The notes under the pieces are model-generated. The model ran no database searches. It had not been told where the DNA came from and worked only from the letters and a program-made list of their open reading frames with translations. Both the position numbers and the translations under genes were made by a program. From an uncultured Collinsella sp. (GTDB lineage Bacteria; Actinomycetota; Coriobacteriia; Coriobacteriales; Coriobacteriaceae), in the NCBI GenBank assembly GCA_902479075.1, contig CABSNK010000012.1, positions 10,498-74,497 on the forward strand: 64,000 nucleotides of DNA. The letters run 5' to 3'. Of the stretch, positions 38,625 through 49,840 are shown in pieces (position 1 is the first letter of the stretch; each line of letters begins with the position of its first letter).

Positions 38625-38918
38625 GATAGGGTCCTTCTGATTGCGGGTTTAGATAGTGCCCGTACATAGTACATGGTTGACGGGTCTGGCGACCCTATTG
38701 CTCGGTAAACGGTCGGGACTGGATGCGGGCGTAGGGCCAAACATGTACGTCAGCCTCCAAAGATGTCAAAAATGTCGGGTTTGGAGGGTGATGTACGCGT
38801 TTGTGATTTTGGGCCGGGATCGAACGTGATGCGGGCGCGGGTTGGATAGGAGGGATGTCCAAATTTTGAGCGGAGCTCAAAATTTATCCGGTCGGCTTAC
38901 GTCGACCGCGCTGCGCTA

Positions 38919-38987
38919 AAAACGCGCCAGCGGCGCGTTTTCTTTACGCTCCGCGCCCTGGCGGGTTCGAATCCCTCCTCCTACGCC
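38919..38987 (+). repeat. Hairpin plus tRNA-like module: an inverted partial copy of the tRNA-Ser 3' end
   Basis: AAAACGCGCC-AGC-GGCGCGTTTT hairpin, then CTTTACGCTC, then CCCTGGCGGGTTCGAATCCCTCCTCCTACGCC. GGGTTCGAATCCCTCCTCCT (38963-38982) equals the sense T-arm/acceptor of the minus-strand tRNA-Ser at 39052-39142. Confidence 0.8.
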
Positions 38988-39012
38988 GTATTTGCTTGTT
39001 AGGGACTCAAAA

Positions 39013-39038
39013 CAAAAAAGCTCCCATTCTTGGGAGCT
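39013..39038 (-). terminator. Terminator after tRNA-Ser(CGA)
   Basis: AGCTCCCA-TTCT-TGGGAGCT, with TTTTTT on the minus strand. Confidence 0.8.
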
Positions 39039-39051
39039 TTCTCAACCAAAA

Positions 39052-39142
39052 TGGCGGAGGAGGAGGGATTCGAACCCTCGTGACCTTATACAGGCCAAAC
39101 GGTTTTCGAGACCGCCGCATTCAACCACTCTGCCACCCCTCC
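39052..39142 (-). tRNA. tRNA-Ser (CGA)
   Basis: Reverse complement GGAGGGGTGGCAGAGTGGTTGAATGC..CTCGAAA loop..long variable arm..GGGTTCGAATCCCTCCTCCTCCGCCA. Confidence 0.9.
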
Positions 39143-39151
39143 GCGTGGGGT

Positions 39152-39180
39152 AAAAACAAAGCAGGCTCAAAGGCCTGCTT
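39152..39180 (-). terminator. Terminator after tRNA-Ser(GGA)
   Basis: AAGCAGGC-loop-GCCTGCTT, with TTTGTTTTT on the minus strand. Confidence 0.7.
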
Positions 39181-39190
39181 TGGAATTAAC

Positions 39191-39281
39191 TGGCGGAGAG
39201 TCAGGGATTTGAACCCTGGAGACGCTTTTGACGCCTACACGATTTCCAATCGTGCTCCTTCGGCCACTCGGACAACTCTCC
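39191..39281 (-). tRNA. tRNA-Ser (GGA)
   Basis: Reverse complement GGAGAGTTGTCCGAGTGGCCGAAGGAGCACGATTGGAAATCGTG..variable arm..GGGTTCAAATCCCTGACTCTCCGCCA. Confidence 0.9.
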
Positions 39282-39777
39282 GTTAAATGCGAAAGTCAGT
39301 ATACACGAGGAATCGCAAAGTGCAAACAGAAAACTTGGCATTTTTTTGATTCGCGGTGTCGCATGCCACGCCTTACGTGCGCGATATAAGCAGCCTGACC
39401 AGCAAAATCGTGCGAAGCAAAATGTTCAAAAAAGGACGTAATAAGCCACGGGCGAACGAAGTTAAAAATTCTTTGCAAGTCGATTGAGCCACTGGTATGC
39501 ATTTTGCGACCACAGCCTTGTGCCCGTTGACCTGCGGCTTGGCCCAGTTTGTCCCCGCGGCATCGTATCTTGTCCACAGATCCGTCAAGCTTTTGGTCAG
39601 CATTTGGTTGGAATGCGCATGAAACGCCGTGCGAGTATGGGCATATGTGGAGGTCATGAGGTTGTAGCTGCATATTCTTGCAGCCTAGGAGGTTGAAAGA
39701 TATTATTACCAAGTCTTTTCCTGCTTCAGGCGCACCTTCACGACCTGAAGCCACATTTGCCCAGAGGAGGTGACAAT

Positions 39778-40071
39778 ATGAAGGCTTATGAACTGCTGTT
39801 CTTTGTTGACCCGTCGCTCGACCCCGAGACTCGTCTCGCTGTTATGAAGCGTATCGATACCACGATCGCTGAGGGCGCTGGCAAGGTCGACTCCGTTGAC
39901 GAGTGGGGCAAGCGCAAGCTCGCCTACGAGATCAACGACCTCACCGATGGTGACTACACCCTCATCAACTTCCACGCAGATCCTACCCAGATCGCCGAGC
40001 TTGATCGCGTCCTGCGCATCACCGACGCTGTGGTCCGCCACATGATCGTCCGTCGCGACGACCAGGAGTAA
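39778..40071 (+). CDS. rpsF: 30S ribosomal protein S6
   Basis: MKAYELLFFVDPSLD...WGKRKLAYEI. GAGGAGG RBS. Confidence 0.94.
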   Translation: MKAYELLFFVDPSLDPETRLAVMKRIDTTIAEGAGKVDSVDEWGKRKLAYEINDLTDGDYTLINFHADPTQIAELDRVLRITDAVVRHMIVRRDDQE

Positions 40072-40119
40072 GACTGTCGTTTTGGACTGGGCTTGTGCCC
40101 CAAGAGGAAGTAGTGAGTT

Positions 40120-40572
40120 ATGAGCATCAATCGAGTGAACATCACCGGTAACCTCACCCGCGATCCCGAGCTGCGCGCCACCGCCGGCGGAACCCAGGTT
40201 CTGTCCTTTGGCGTCGCCGTCAACGATCGTCGCCGTAACGCGCAGACTGGCGAGTGGGAGGACTATCCCAACTTTGTCGACTGCACTATGTTCGGCACCC
40301 GCGCCGAGGCCGTGAGTCGTTTCCTGGCAAAGGGAAACAAGGTCGCGATCGAGGGCAAGCTGCGCTACAGCTCTTGGGAGCGCGACGGCCAGCGCCGGAG
40401 CAAGCTTGAGGTCATCGTCGATGAGATCGAGTTTATGAGCTCCCGTGGTGGCCAGGGTGGCTACGATCAGGGCGGTTACGCCCCCGCAGCTCCCGCGCCC
40501 GCAGCACGTCCTGCCGCACCGGTGGCCACGCCGCCCGCGGTCGACGTCTACGATGAGGACATCCCGTTCTAA
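40120..40572 (+). CDS. ssb: Single-stranded DNA-binding protein
   Basis: MSINRVNITGNLTRDPELR OB fold. C-terminal DEDIPF tip. Confidence 0.95.
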   Translation: MSINRVNITGNLTRDPELRATAGGTQVLSFGVAVNDRRRNAQTGEWEDYPNFVDCTMFGTRAEAVSRFLAKGNKVAIEGKLRYSSWERDGQRRSKLEVIVDEIEFMSSRGGQGGYDQGGYAPAAPAPAARPAAPVATPPAVDVYDEDIPF

Positions 40573-40644
40573 GGGTTGTTCACCTATTTTTGAGTGAGAG
40601 GCGGCTTCGGTTCGCCGAAGTTGCCAAATGAAAGGTATTTTGAC

Positions 40645-40911
40645 ATGGCTAATGATTATTCTGCACGTCAGCCGCGTCGTAAGTACTGCCAGTTCTGCAA
40701 GGAGAACACTGAGTTCATCGACTATAAGGACACTCAGCTTCTCCGTAAGTACATGACCGACCGTGGCAAGATCAAGCCCCGTCGCGTCACTGGCGCTTGC
40801 ACGCAGCATCAGCATGACATCGCCAACGCCATCAAGCGCGCCCGCGAGATGGCTCTCCTGCCGTACACCGTCCCCGTGGTTTCCTCTCGTGGCAACCGCG
40901 ACCGCGGCTAA
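40645..40911 (+). CDS. rpsR: 30S ribosomal protein S18
   Basis: [40 protein letters not shown]. Confidence 0.94.
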   Translation: MANDYSARQPRRKYCQFCKENTEFIDYKDTQLLRKYMTDRGKIKPRRVTGACTQHQHDIANAIKRAREMALLPYTVPVVSSRGNRDRG

Positions 40912-40926
40912 GAAGGGAGACGCATC

Positions 40927-41466
40927 ATGAAGGTTATTCTTCTCGATGAGATTAAGGGCAAGGGCGGCGAGGGTGACGTCGTAGAGGTCGCTCAGGGTTA
41001 CGCTGAGAACTTCCTGTTCCCCAAGAAGCTCGCTGTTGCCGCCACCAAGGGCAACCTCAAGCAGCTCGACGAGCGTCGCAACAACATCGCCAAGCGCGAG
41101 GCCGTCCGTCTGGCTACCGCCAACGAGACCAAGGCTGCCTTCGAGGGCAAGACGGTCACCGTTGACGTTAAGGTCGGCGACGAGGGCATCCTCTTTGGCT
41201 CCGTTACCGCCGCTATGATCGCTGACGCCATCAAGGCTCAGCTCGGTATGGACATCGACCGCAAGCGCGTCGAGCTCGGTAAGCCCATCAAGGTTGCCGG
41301 TGCCCACACCGTTGCCATCTCGCTGTACCGCGAGATCAAGGCCGAGGTTGTCGTTCTCGTCGGCGTTACCGCCGAGGAGCTCGCTGCCGAGGCTGAGGCT
41401 GAGGAGGCCACTGAGGTCGCCGAGGCCGAGACCGCCGAGGTCGAGACCGAGGCTGCTGCCGAGTAG
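40927..41466 (+). CDS. rplI: 50S ribosomal protein L9 with an acidic A/E-rich C-terminal extension
   Basis: MKVILLDEIKGKGGEGDVVEVAQGYAENFLFPKKLA. Confidence 0.93.
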   Translation: MKVILLDEIKGKGGEGDVVEVAQGYAENFLFPKKLAVAATKGNLKQLDERRNNIAKREAVRLATANETKAAFEGKTVTVDVKVGDEGILFGSVTAAMIADAIKAQLGMDIDRKRVELGKPIKVAGAHTVAISLYREIKAEVVVLVGVTAEELAAEAEAEEATEVAEAETAEVETEAAAE

Positions 41467-41498
41467 CATTTGCTGCAACGCAACAATCTTGTTCTAAG

Positions 41499-41536
41499 AA
41501 GGGCGCTCTGGGAGACCAGGGCGCCCTTTTATTTTC
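41499..41536 (+). terminator. Rho-independent terminator after rplI
   Basis: AAGGGCGCTCTGG-GAGA-CCAGGGCGCCCTT followed by TTATTTT. Confidence 0.85.
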
Positions 41537-41690
41537 TACGCTTGGCGAGCGCCATGGCAGGCGTTGCGGTGAGGTTCCAAATGCGGGACCGTTCATCCGT
41601 TTCGTTCGGTGATGATTGCCGGGGCGCGGCCCGTTTTGGGACTGTGGCTGATACTATGGATGCTCGCAAGCGATATGAATGAGGATGCTC

Positions 41691-43082
41691 ATGGCATATG
41701 ACGAAAGGGAGACGGGGCTGACGGTCGAGGACCGTGGCTCCAAGTTGGGTCTCCCTCAAAACCAAGATGCAGAGGCCAACGTACTGGCCGCTATGCTGCT
41801 ATCGCCCGAGGTGGTCGAAGAGGCCCAGGTCGAGCTGCAGCCCGATGACTTCTACCGGCCCATTCATAAGACCATCTATACCGCGATGGTCGATATGTAC
41901 AACAGCCGCATCCCCATCGACTCTATCTCGCTCATCGATTACCTGCGAAGCATCAACAAGCTCGATGCCGTGGGCGGCGAGGCGTACATTTTGGAGCTGA
42001 TGGGTCAGACCCTGTCGCTCGTCAACTGGCAGCACCATGCCGCCATCGTGCGTCGCGACTCGATGCTGCGCGAGCTGATCGGCGCCACCAACGAGATCAA
42101 CGCGCTGGCCTATAACGCCCCCACCGACACCAAAGAGGTCGTGGAGCTAGCCGAGAGCAAGCTGCTCAAGGTCACGGCGCGCGAGGTCAAGTCGAGCTAC
42201 AAGACGCTGACTGAGTTTATGGTCGAGGCCTATAACGAGGCCGAGGAAGTGTGCCAGGCCGGCGGTCAGGCGGCGGGCGTGCCCACGGGCTTTCCGTCAC
42301 TCGACCGTATGCTTATGGGCTTCCGCGAGGGCCAGCTCATCATCATCGGCGCTCGTCCTGCTGTAGGTAAGACGTCGTTCGCTCTGAACCTGGCGCTCAA
42401 CGCTGCTGCCGCGGGTTATACGGTCGGCTTCTTCTCACTGGAGATGTCGGGCAAGGAAATTGCCCAGCGCCTGATTTGCGCCTATGCCATGATGTCGATC
42501 AGCGACTTCCGCACGGGCCGCATTAGTCCCGAGCAGTGGGCCAATATCAACGAGGCTACGCAGACGTTGTCCAAGCTCGATATCCTGATTGACGATACGC
42601 CCGGTACCACGGTGACCGAGATCCGCGCCAAGAGCCGCCGCATGCTCCATAACAAGGAGAAAGCAATCATCATCCTGGACTACCTGCAGCTGGTGAGTCC
42701 TCCACCGGGCCGTCGTTCCGAGAGCCGTACCGTCGAGGTCTCCGAGATGTCGCGTGGTTTAAAGATCATGGCCAAGGAGCTCAAGATTCCGCTCATTGCA
42801 CTGTCGCAGCTGTCACGTCAGGTCGAATCTCGTACCGGCAAGCGCCCGCAGCTTTCCGACCTGCGCGAATCGGGCTCCATCGAGCAGGACGCCGACATCG
42901 TCATGTTCTTGGACCGCTCTGCCGACGAGGCCGAGGCCTCACGCGATGATCGACCCGACGAGGGCGTTACGCGTATCGTCGTGGCCAAGAACCGTTCGGG
43001 CCCGATCGGCGACGTCGACCTAATGTTCCTGCCGGCATCCACCAAGTTCTATGAGCTTGATGGGGCGCATGCCGAGGAGTAG
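41691..43082 (+). CDS. dnaB: Replicative DNA helicase DnaB
   Basis: LPQNQDAEANVLAAMLL, GARPAVGKTSFALNLA, IILDYLQL, LSQLSR. Start at MAYDE (GAGGA RBS). Confidence 0.94.
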   Translation: MAYDERETGLTVEDRGSKLGLPQNQDAEANVLAAMLLSPEVVEEAQVELQPDDFYRPIHKTIYTAMVDMYNSRIPIDSISLIDYLRSINKLDAVGGEAYILELMGQTLSLVNWQHHAAIVRRDSMLRELIGATNEINALAYNAPTDTKEVVELAESKLLKVTAREVKSSYKTLTEFMVEAYNEAEEVCQAGGQAAGVPTGFPSLDRMLMGFREGQLIIIGARPAVGKTSFALNLALNAAAAGYTVGFFSLEMSGKEIAQRLICAYAMMSISDFRTGRISPEQWANINEATQTLSKLDILIDDTPGTTVTEIRAKSRRMLHNKEKAIIILDYLQLVSPPPGRRSESRTVEVSEMSRGLKIMAKELKIPLIALSQLSRQVESRTGKRPQLSDLRESGSIEQDADIVMFLDRSADEAEASRDDRPDEGVTRIVVAKNRSGPIGDVDLMFLPASTKFYELDGAHAEE

Positions 43083-43166
43083 GACAGGTGCCCGTTGCAC
43101 GGGTATACTGGGAATGTTTTGTGCTTCTGCGCGCCATCGTGGCGCACGGACAGTCCATGAATGTAA

Positions 43167-44462
<1,296 letters not shown>

Positions 44463-44579
44463 TCGGTTTATACGGTTATTGCGATATACCCCTTTGCAGC
44501 CCGGACGGGCGGCCGAGGGGTATATTTGCTTGCAAAGGGCTCGCGCGGAGCGGGCCGTTCATCCATAGAGGAGGCACCC

Positions 44580-45884
<1,305 letters not shown>

Positions 45885-45896
45885 AATCCGAGAGGA

Positions 45897-46601
45897 ATGA
45901 GACGGATGGACGAGAAGAACGAAGAACTCGTGGACGCGCAGATCGTCGAAGAGGACAGCCGCATGTATGGGCACGCCGAGGGCGAGCCTGGTGGCGAGGT
46001 CGCTGACGAGCCGGCGCTGGTGCTGGGTGACGACGACCCGCACGATGCCGAGCTGCACGAGAAGATTCTTTCGGAGGAGTGCGCCTGGAGGGGCAAGATC
46101 CTCGACGTCCACCGTCTTGAGGTTGAGCTGCCCAACGGTCGCCGCAGCGCCCGCGATATCGTTCGCCATCCGGGCGCGGCGGCCGTTGTGGCACTGACCG
46201 AGAGCGGCAAGATCGTACTGGTGCGTCAGTACCGCACCGCTATCGACCGCGTGACGGTCGAGATTCCCGCCGGCAAGCTCGATCCAGGCGAGGACCCGCT
46301 CGATTGCGCCAAGCGCGAGCTGCATGAGGAGACAGGCTTTAGGGCTGGTCGCATTCGCTTTTTGACGTCGATTGTCACGTCCTGCGGTTTTTGCGACGAG
46401 ATCATTCACATCTACCTGGCTACCAAGCTCGAGTTTGATGCGCCCAACCCCGATGATGACGAATTCGTCAACGTTGACTTGGTGCCACTGCACGAGCTGA
46501 TCGACGCCGTGCTCGACGGCAAGATCGAAGACGCCAAGACCGTCGTAGGCGCCTTGGCTTGCGACAGCATTGCTCATCGTTTGGGTGGAGCGGAACTTTA
46601 A
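45897..46601 (+). CDS. NUDIX hydrolase (ADP-ribose pyrophosphatase-like) with an acidic N-terminal extension
   Basis: Nudix box GKLDPGEDPLDCAKRELHEETGF. Start ambiguous (45897 or 45906). Confidence 0.85.
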   Translation: MRRMDEKNEELVDAQIVEEDSRMYGHAEGEPGGEVADEPALVLGDDDPHDAELHEKILSEECAWRGKILDVHRLEVELPNGRRSARDIVRHPGAAAVVALTESGKIVLVRQYRTAIDRVTVEIPAGKLDPGEDPLDCAKRELHEETGFRAGRIRFLTSIVTSCGFCDEIIHIYLATKLEFDAPNPDDDEFVNVDLVPLHELIDAVLDGKIEDAKTVVGALACDSIAHRLGGAEL

Positions 46602-46785
46602 CGAGCGGGGATGATCCCGCAGGTTTGTGTAAGTCAGCGAAAGTGCTCCATTTGAGACAAGGTGGCCTAAAAGAGAAGGGAAGCGTATGGATATACGCGA
46701 CCGACGATTGAAGGCCAGATTGTCCAAATGGAGCACTTGCAGCGTCGAGACGAAACGCGGTTTGGTAAAACCGCGTAAGGTGACT

Positions 46786-48558
46786 ATGTTTAAGAGGTTT
46801 CTTTCGTATTACAAGCCCCAGATGGGGCTTTTTGTTGCTGATACTCTTTGTGCTCTGGTGCTTGCCGCCATTGACCTGGCGTTCCCCATTATCTTGCGCA
46901 ATCTGACCGGCGGGCTCTTTACTCAGGGTCAGGCTGCTATTATGCAGGCGCTCGGTATGATCGCGGTGGGACTGGTGCTGATGTATGTCATCCGCTGCGC
47001 CTGCCGCTATTTTGTGAGCTATTGGGGTCATGTGATGGGCGCGCGCATGGAGTCCAAAATGCGCGAGGACCTGTTCGATCAGTACGAACGGTTTAGCTTT
47101 GCGTACTTTGATCGCAACAGCTCGGGCGACATGATGAGCCGCGTGGTCAATGACCTGTTCGATATCTGCGAGGCGGCGCACCACGTGCCCGAATGGATCA
47201 TTATCTGCGGTATCGAGATCATCGGCTCGTTTGTGATTCTGTTTACCATCGCGCCGGTGCTCGCACTCGCCATGGCTGTGGTGACGGTGGTGTTCGCGGT
47301 CATTATGTTTTGGCAGAATATGCGCATGCGCGAGGTCTTTAGCGATAACCGCAAAAAGATTAGCGGCATCAACGCGCAGCTGCAGGATTCGCTGGCGGGC
47401 ATGCGTGTGGTCAAGAGCTTTGCCAATGAGCAGACCGAGCGCTCTAAGTTTCGCGCCTCGAACAATCGCTACCTTTCGTCCAAGGAGAACATGTATCACG
47501 CCATGGGCGTCTATACCGCGACGTATGGCCTGCTCTCGGGAGTGCTTTATGTGATCGTGGTGCTGCTGGGCGGTTGGCTCGTTGCCCAGGGTCAGCTGCA
47601 GGCGGTCGATATGGCAACCTTCGCACTCTACATTTCGCTGTTCTGCACGCCGCTCGAGACGCTCGTCAATTCGGCTGAGACGTATCAGAAAGCCATCGCC
47701 GGCTTTAAGCGCATGGATGAGGTGCTCTCGACTGTCCCCGATATTCAGGATAAGCCGGGTGCTGCGGATCTGCAGGTGACGGCTGGTGCTGTGGAGTACC
47801 GCGACGTGTGCTTTAGCTACGAGGATGTTGAATTGGCCGAGCGCGGCGCCGACGGACGCCCTGTTATCGACCACATGGACCTGTCCATCAAGCCCGGTCA
47901 GACCATCGCTTTGGTTGGCCCCTCGGGCGGCGGCAAATCGACGACTTGTTCGCTGTTGCCGCGCTTTTACGACGTTGCCGCCGGCTCCATTAGCATCGAC
48001 GGCCAGGATGTGCGCGACGTGACGCAGCATAGTCTGCGCCGTGCCATCGGCCTGGTGCAGCAAGATGTGTACCTGTTTGATGGAACGATCGGCGAGAACA
48101 TCGCCTACGGCAAGCCGGGCGCCACGGCAGAAGAGATCGCCGAAGCGGCCCGCCGCGCCAATATTGATATCTTTATCGAATCGCTTCCGCAAGGCTACGA
48201 CACCGTGGTGGGCGAGCGCGGCAGCCGTCTTTCGGGTGGTCAAAAGCAGCGCGTCGCCATCGCGCGCGTTTTTCTCAAGAATCCCAAGATCCTTATTTTG
48301 GATGAGGCGACGAGTGCCCTGGATAACGAGAGCGAGGAAGCGGTGCAGGAGTCGCTCGAAGAGCTGGCACGCGGCCGTACCACGATCATCATCGCCCACC
48401 GTCTCTCGACTATTAAGCATGCTGACGAGATTGCGACCGTTGAGCATGGTCGCGTTGTGGAACGTGGCACGCACGAGGAGCTTCTCGCCCGTGGCGGCAC
48501 CTATGCCCGTTACTATCGAATGCAGTTCGAAGGTGCGCGTGCGCACGAGCTCGACTGA
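46786..48558 (+). CDS. ABC exporter, fused permease/ATPase (MsbA/multidrug type)
   Basis: 6-TM N-terminal half. GPSGGGKST Walker A. LSGGQKQRVAIARV. ILILDEATSALD. Start at MFKRFLSYYKP. Confidence 0.9.
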   Translation: MFKRFLSYYKPQMGLFVADTLCALVLAAIDLAFPIILRNLTGGLFTQGQAAIMQALGMIAVGLVLMYVIRCACRYFVSYWGHVMGARMESKMREDLFDQYERFSFAYFDRNSSGDMMSRVVNDLFDICEAAHHVPEWIIICGIEIIGSFVILFTIAPVLALAMAVVTVVFAVIMFWQNMRMREVFSDNRKKISGINAQLQDSLAGMRVVKSFANEQTERSKFRASNNRYLSSKENMYHAMGVYTATYGLLSGVLYVIVVLLGGWLVAQGQLQAVDMATFALYISLFCTPLETLVNSAETYQKAIAGFKRMDEVLSTVPDIQDKPGAADLQVTAGAVEYRDVCFSYEDVELAERGADGRPVIDHMDLSIKPGQTIALVGPSGGGKSTTCSLLPRFYDVAAGSISIDGQDVRDVTQHSLRRAIGLVQQDVYLFDGTIGENIAYGKPGATAEEIAEAARRANIDIFIESLPQGYDTVVGERGSRLSGGQKQRVAIARVFLKNPKILILDEATSALDNESEEAVQESLEELARGRTTIIIAHRLSTIKHADEIATVEHGRVVERGTHEELLARGGTYARYYRMQFEGARAHELD

Positions 48559-48577
48559 TTGATATGACAGGAAGATC

Positions 48578-49543
48578 ATGGCTGATAAGAACCCTTTGAC
48601 TCCGGAAGAAGTGACGGAGTTATTCTCCGAAATCGATGCATCCGGCGTCTTGGATCCTACGCTCGCCAAAAAGCGCACCGAGCGCATGCGCGAGAAAGAG
48701 GCCGCCGTCAAGCGCGGCGACAAGGCGACGCTGGCGCGGCTGCGCAGCGAGGATCGCGCGAGCCAGGCAAAACATATCGACCCGCTGTCCGAGGACGACC
48801 CTTCGGGCTCGCAGGTGAGCCATACCATTACGAAGACCGCCATGGCCGTGGTTATCGGCATTTTGGTGCTGATTGTGGGCATGCAGATTGGCTACGGCGT
48901 GATGCGACGTCTGAATACCGCGAACCTTTCCGAAAGTGTTTCGGTGGATACCGTTTCGACCGCGCTCAAGGGTGGACTTGAATGGGGCAATGGCTTTACG
49001 CAGTTCCCGCTCGATTTTACCGTCGACGAGGCAGATGAGCGCACGGGCACGGTTGAGGTGACGGTGCTGGACACGTCTTCTGCCAATGAACTCGAGCTGC
49101 TGTCCAACGGTCAGATTCAGGCGGCGGCGCTCGCAACCAACGCCCTGCTCAACGACAAGATCGACCGTGTGGTGTATAACGTTCACGCCTATATCGACGA
49201 GGACAGCAGGATCCAGCATGATTCCTTCTTTGGCATGTTTCCTGCTCAGGGGCACCAAAGCGCCATCCTGACGTTCGTTTGGACCAAGAGCTCGTCCAAC
49301 GCCACGAGTATCGACTGGAAGATGCGCATCGTAAGCATGGACGACACCATTGCCGAGCGCATTCAAAAACAGGTCAACTCGGTTTCATCGCTGATCGAGG
49401 ACCCGGTGGTGAGCCAGACCAAGATCACGGAGGAGCAGGCCGAGCGCGATCTTGAGCATCGTCTGCACGGTCGAGAGATCTTCCGCGGCGGAAAGCCCGA
49501 TCGCACGCCGTCCGAGCTGCTGGAGCAGGACAAGCAAAAGTAG
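48578..49543 (+). CDS. Hypothetical single-pass membrane protein
   Basis: AGGAAG RBS. TM helix AMAVVIGILVLIVGMQIGYGV. No motif I recognise. Confidence 0.6.
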   Translation: MADKNPLTPEEVTELFSEIDASGVLDPTLAKKRTERMREKEAAVKRGDKATLARLRSEDRASQAKHIDPLSEDDPSGSQVSHTITKTAMAVVIGILVLIVGMQIGYGVMRRLNTANLSESVSVDTVSTALKGGLEWGNGFTQFPLDFTVDEADERTGTVEVTVLDTSSANELELLSNGQIQAAALATNALLNDKIDRVVYNVHAYIDEDSRIQHDSFFGMFPAQGHQSAILTFVWTKSSSNATSIDWKMRIVSMDDTIAERIQKQVNSVSSLIEDPVVSQTKITEEQAERDLEHRLHGREIFRGGKPDRTPSELLEQDKQK

Positions 49544-49567
49544 TCCGCAGCCACATAGAACGATGCC

Positions 49568-49605
49568 ATCCCGCGTGAGCCGCAAGCCCACGCGGGATGA
49601 TTTTT
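49568..49605 (+). terminator. Terminator hairpin
   Basis: ATCCCGCGTG-loop-CACGCGGGAT followed by GATTTTT. Confidence 0.75.
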
Positions 49606-49703
49606 CTGGGACGGGGATTAAAAAATCATTCTGTCATGTATGCAGTTGGCGACAAAGCCCTGCTCTCAGAATAATTTTTTAATCCCCGTCCCAGAAAAAT
49701 CAT
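49597..49703. repeat. 37-bp near-perfect inverted repeat (MITE/REP-like)
   Basis: ATGATTTTTCTGGGACGGGGATTAAAAAATCATTCTG (49597-49633) against the reverse complement of 49667-49703, with 1 mismatch and a 33-nt spacer. Confidence 0.9.
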
Positions 49704-49840
49704 TATGCACAGGAAGTCATAATTATCATTTTGTAAACAATTCTATGTAATTAATGCCATGGGCGATGCTTGCGGTTAGAATACCGCGAGGCCTAACTAC
49801 ACACCTTTAAGCCGGTCCTGTGAGACCGGGAAGGAGAACT

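Noticed and set aside
39296-39754. 152-aa and 94-aa minus-strand ORFs and a 70-aa plus-strand ORF upstream of rpsF
   Set aside because: They have no RBS, odd composition (Cys/His/Arg-rich) and mutually overlapping frames. I treat the region as non-coding or unknown. The 94-aa frame cannot be fully excluded without homology data.
39706-41478. 590-aa minus-strand ORF
   Set aside because: It lies antisense to the rpsF-ssb-rpsR-rplI operon.
49808-49840. Possible PyrR-binding hairpin (CCGGTC-CTGTGA-GACCGG) overlapping the carA RBS
   Set aside because: Only ~8 of 12 positions match the PyrR loop consensus (A/G)UCCAGAGAGG(C/U)U, and no pyrR or attenuator terminator is visible. This is too weak to call. 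An Rfam PyrR-motif scan would settle it.
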